64,000 nt of DNA. It comes from Yuukianura sp. NJ FZ-2021. Its lineage: Eukaryota. Below the pieces are notes generated by a model, which worked only from the letters and a program-made list of their open reading frames with translations, was not told where the DNA came from and searched no databases. The position numbers were made by a program, and so were the translations under genes. Every line of letters begins with the position of its first letter. The first letter of the stretch is position 1. Location: the NCBI GenBank assembly GCA_046563655.1, contig CM102289.1, positions 1,922,001-1,986,000 on the forward strand. Direction: 5' to 3'. Shown here piece after piece: positions 59,798 through 64,000 of this stretch.

Positions 59798-60512
59798 TTC
59801 GTGCTTCAATTTTTTTAATTAAAGTGGCTGCATCCTACCCACCAAATTGTAGCCAAATTGTGGCCAAATTGTAGCCAAGCGGAGCTAAAATAATATAGAA
59901 TATAGAATTATAGAATAATATAGAATTTCCTGCTTTAGTAAGAAGAGATAGCTACTTTATATCCAAAATGTGCTGTACAGATGCATTAATTTGTTTGACA
60001 TTCATCCAATATTGCTAGACTCTTTCAATAAAAACTAACCTAATTCAACACTTTTCAACTGTTCATGCCAAGCTTCCTTGACAACCAAATTGTCTTGTTT
60101 AAGAGGTTACGTACTACCTCCGTTGTTTACCAAAAAAAATGAAAATAACAAAAAACTGAGTACCATTGGTACCAATTTTTTAAAAAAAATAAAATTTTTG
60201 GCACAAATTTCCTATGTAAAATGTGCAAAAATTATTTATAATGTCATGGGTACAATACCCAGAAATGCAACTGAAGTTTTTTTTCAAAATTTAAAAAAAC
60301 ATGAGGTAGTACGTAACCTTGTATTTACAAACCTTGTGTTCATGCTTCACTTAATTAATGTGCCCGCATCCTTCCAGCCCAATTGTAGCCCAGTATGGCC
60401 AAGTTTAACTAAATTGTGGCCAAATTGTGGACAAATCGGCCCAAAATAATAGGGGTAGCAAGAATAATAAGAGTTTGTGCTTTAGTAAGAAGGGATAGCT
60501 TTTTTATGGATC
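59798..60512. repeat. Two diverged ~170-bp direct repeats containing 11-bp CCAAATTGT(A/G)G units
   Basis: ~59798-59970 and ~60339-60512 share TGCTTCA..TTAATTAA..GCATCCT, the 11-mer units and TGCTTTAGTAAGAAG.GATAGCT. Confidence 0.55.
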
Positions 60513-60651
60513 CACCTTGTCAGTCCGTTGTTGTGTCCAAAAGAAGCTGTTAAGATGTGTGAACCTGCGTGACATTGACGCTGATTACGTACTTCTTTCA
60601 GTAATAATAATAAACGAACATGATTTAATTGGATTTTCCGAAAAAATGCTT

Positions 60652-62071
60652 CTAGGGTGGAGAAATTTTGAATTGTAGTAACACAATGCTGTAGGTTATT
60701 ACAGCACCCAGAATCTATAAAATACAAATACAGAATAGAAAAGTAGCAGTTAGATTGAAAAAAAGGTAAAGATCGTGACGAATAACATTATAAATAGGTA
60801 ACATGAGTTTGAGTGCTTACAGATGTGAGTAGGCATCTCTTAATTTCAAAAAATCCAAAAGCTGTTAGTTGAAATTTCACATTAGATACCAAGTTGGACA
60901 AGTAAAATAATCCATCAATGTCTGAAACCAGCATCGGCGGAATCGTTGCAATCTTTTCGGCTAGTAAATTTCTCTGAAACAAAACCAAAGTTATAAATTT
61001 CTTAGTAACTTTAAGTACACAATTTTAATTTTTTGTTGAAAATTCTAAAAAGTTAAAGGATTTATTACCCTGGTAAAGATACGTTCTCCACAGTTGACTA
61101 TCCAAACAATTCTGTATAACATTATTGCCCACGTGAGGTAATGTGCAACGTAGACAGAAAATGAAAGTGAAAGTGACGGGTTTATGAATGCGTTGATACT
61201 ATGGAAGGAGTAAATCGTGAAGCTGAAAATGCATAAGCCAAGCTGCAAACTTAAAGGCAACTGAATTGCAACAAGAAAGTCGTCAAATATTTTGCGAAGT
61301 TTTAGTAGATTCATTGCCATATTTCCAAAATCCACGTTCCTTCGGTGCCAAAATTGATTTTTTCAAGTTTGTATAACGCATGTCCGTTTCATTTTCTAAT
61401 GAGAGCAACTTCTCAATGTCAAGTAGACCGAGTTCAATTATTGATGTTACCAGGGAAACCAGCGCAACAAAAAATAACTCTGCAGCTTCAACCAACAGAG
61501 CAGCGCCTATGTAAGCCGCTGCCAAAATTTCAATAGGAATAGTCACTCCACAAATTTCGTAAATATTTTTGTCGGGGTTTTGAAAATTTATTTTGAGGAT
61601 AGTGAAATAGAGTTGTAATATAAGCCTAATAGAGAATACAACACAAGGGAAAAGGATTTGTACAAGTTTTTTAACGTCATAACTGCGCTGAACCCTATCG
61701 ATTTGGGTGTAGTCTCCAAGGCAACTGAACAATTTGAATATTCGCGGAAGTGAAGCAATGTAAGCAGCATAACAAAAGAAATCAAAAGCAAAACAGGAAA
61801 AGATGTACAGTTTAATCACGGTTGTAATATAACTAGTATCTATTGATGAAGCATTAAGGCCTTGCAGATGTGTAAACACTACGAATTCAACAGTAACAGA
61901 AAGCGCAGCAACATTAAAACATAAAACTAAAACAGTCCAAATCCCCCAAAGACTTGTCCATTTTAACGAAAATTTGACATTTTTAAAATTTGAAATTGGG
62001 AAAACTCCGGTAAGAGCTCCAAAACGAGCAAGCGTTTGAATTACAACAAATTCGGATACTGTAACAGCCAT
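60652..62071 (-). pseudogene. Gustatory receptor (3 exons) with a +1 frameshift in an A-run (pseudogene or sequencing error)
   Basis: Exons 62071-61069, 60973-60821 and 60714-60652. FQLTAFGFFEIKRCLLTS|ILGAVITYSIVLLQF is the canonical GR end. Deleting one base at 61358-61363 joins the two exon-1 ORFs. Confidence 0.75.
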
Positions 62072-63038
62072 ATTTGCACTATGTGTTTTGCAGTTTCCTG
62101 GTTATGAAATTGGTGAAAATTTTTTCACTTTCTGAACTACTACTCTGATAAAACAAGTACATTCAAAATAAAGAACCAAGATTCCAGTGGACCGTGCACC
62201 TTCTGCTTACGAAGTGAAATTTCTTTTCGCATTGCACTACTAGTAATTATCACTGAAAATGTTTCACTCAAATCGAAAGATTAATAAATCAAGAACCGCT
62301 GTATTGACGATGATGTTCTTTTGATGTAATGAAAAGACGAACAAGAGCAAAACTGAAGAGCAAGAAAAACATTCAAACAATTTCGAATTTCTCGATCCAA
62401 TTTCAATTTTTCATTTGTTTGCCACTCAATTTTGGCTACAAAATTATTTTACCAAAGCATCTCGAAACAAAAGTTTGAAAAGACTTATGAAATTGTGAAG
62501 ACCCCACTTTTTTATCTATACTGTTTAACTTTCTTTGTTCGAAAACCATTTGGAGAAGTGAACTTCGTGGGAAAGTGGGAAAGCGGAGTGAATTTGAAAT
62601 TACCTTCCATTGTTTTCAGAAACGTTTGCTTGTTTACTAATACGTTCTTTGTGTAATTTCTGAACATCTAATAACTTATTTAAAGTAATGTAAACTTAAA
62701 CTTTTAAATCTACTAACTCAATTTATCAAATATTGGATCGGATGTGTACCAAGAAAAAATCGTATGCTGATTACTAACGAGCTTTACTTGACAAAACTTT
62801 TAAAATTACAAACAAATATGTGTCTTTTGTTCTATTCTAACAATCAGAACAATTTATCCGTAGACATTCTATGACGCATATTCTCATAATTGGCTAAAAT
62901 GTAAAACTTGCATTTTCCTAAAATCTTAAACTAAACTAAACTGCTAAACGAGTTTTCCTTTAACTTACGCCATTTGGCAATACAGCGAAATTCAAATATT
63001 GAAAAGTAAGAGTTCAATTCGTGTTTGCCTTTTTGACG

Positions 63039-64000
63039 TTAAGTGTTAAATTGGTAGAGGACGACGTTGTAAGTTATAACTGCACTCAGAATCTAAAAAA
63101 AAGTCACAGTTTAGGCATTTTATCGCACAATTTAGTGCTTTAGTTTTCTGTAAGTCGCTTACAGAAGTTACCAACGATCTCCGAATTTCAAAAAATTCAA
63201 GTGCTGTCAATTGAAACGAAGAGTTTGCTACAAGGTTGTTCAAATAGCACAATCCCTCAGAATCCAAAACCAGCGTCGTCGGTATTGTTGCAATTCTCCG
63301 CACAAGGATATTTCTCTAAAAAATACAGCAAAATTTCAAAAACGAGAGAAATTAAATCCTCGGAAGAGGAGCACTTTTTTAGAAATTTCGAACAAGTCAA
63401 AAAATGGAATCCGCTTCAGTACTTACCCTTGTTGAAATGCGTTGCCCGGAGCTAGCAATCCAATAAATTTTGAGAAATAGCATTGCAAAACTCAACGTGT
63501 CTATTGCATACAGGAGCGGAAAAAGATGCCCTCCTGTTGTGAACGTACTGACGACAAGAAAAGAGGAAATAAGAAAAGTGAATGTGATGAAACCTAGTTG
63601 GACACTTAGAAATATTTGAACAGCATCAACGAATTTTTCAAAAATATCTCCCAACCAAAGTATTTCAGCTGCAGCGGCGTTAAAACTAAAACTGGACCAA
63701 ACATTTCTTCCGCACCACGTTCGGTCCCCCAAAGTATTTGAAATTAAACGTACAGTTCCTTCTGGAAATAGATATTTCTCAACACTTAGTAGACGACGCT
63801 CTACTATCGAAGTTACCAAGGTTACCAGAGCGACCAGGAAAAGTTCAGTAAATCCAGTAAAAACAAAGCTAACTATGTACATGTATGAAAAATATTGAAA
63901 ACATAGTTCTTGAAATATTGAAGAAACGGTTTCAGAAATGATGATTCTGCGCACACTATAAAATATCAAAATTGCATAGCGAAAAAGAAACAGCAAAATA
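63039..64000 (-). CDS. Gustatory receptor, 5' end beyond the window
   Basis: Paralogue of 60652-62071 with the same phase-0 introns; ends FQLTALEFFEIRRSLVTS|ILSAVITYNVVLYQFNT*. Confidence 0.82.

Overview
AT-rich, intron-containing animal DNA. It is an arthropod; the receptor families suggest a springtail-like hexapod, but that is inference. Positions 0.5-29.5 kb hold a tandem array of 11 six-exon gustatory-receptor (GR) genes on the + strand. They are about 387 aa, all introns are phase 0, and the C-terminal motif is TFSVVIIQF. Two 383-aa two-exon 7TM genes of a second, non-canonical chemoreceptor-like family are interleaved at the end of the array. Next come a tandem pair of unrecognised signal-peptide proteins ending in RDEL/RDEF, then COG4, BTBD9, two decaying C2H2 zinc-finger paralogues, and a deleted Harbinger-group transposon carrying a Myb/SANT-like gene. 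These are followed by a FAX/metaxin-like GST gene, two intronless divergent ionotropic-receptor-like genes, an MFS sugar transporter interrupted by a MITE, and two more GRs on the - strand. Many small transposons with readable ends are present (tRNA-SINE inside a foldback element, Helitron, HINE-like elements, 8-bp-TSD MITEs, Harbinger MITE), several in exons or splice sites. Best leads: two otherwise open GRs that lost the pore-gate Phe, the non-canonical 7TM pair, the putative ER-retained orphan pair, a MITE whose TIR supplies an in-frame splice donor, and a telomeric-repeat insertion with a flanking duplication. All gene models were assembled by eye and are untested.
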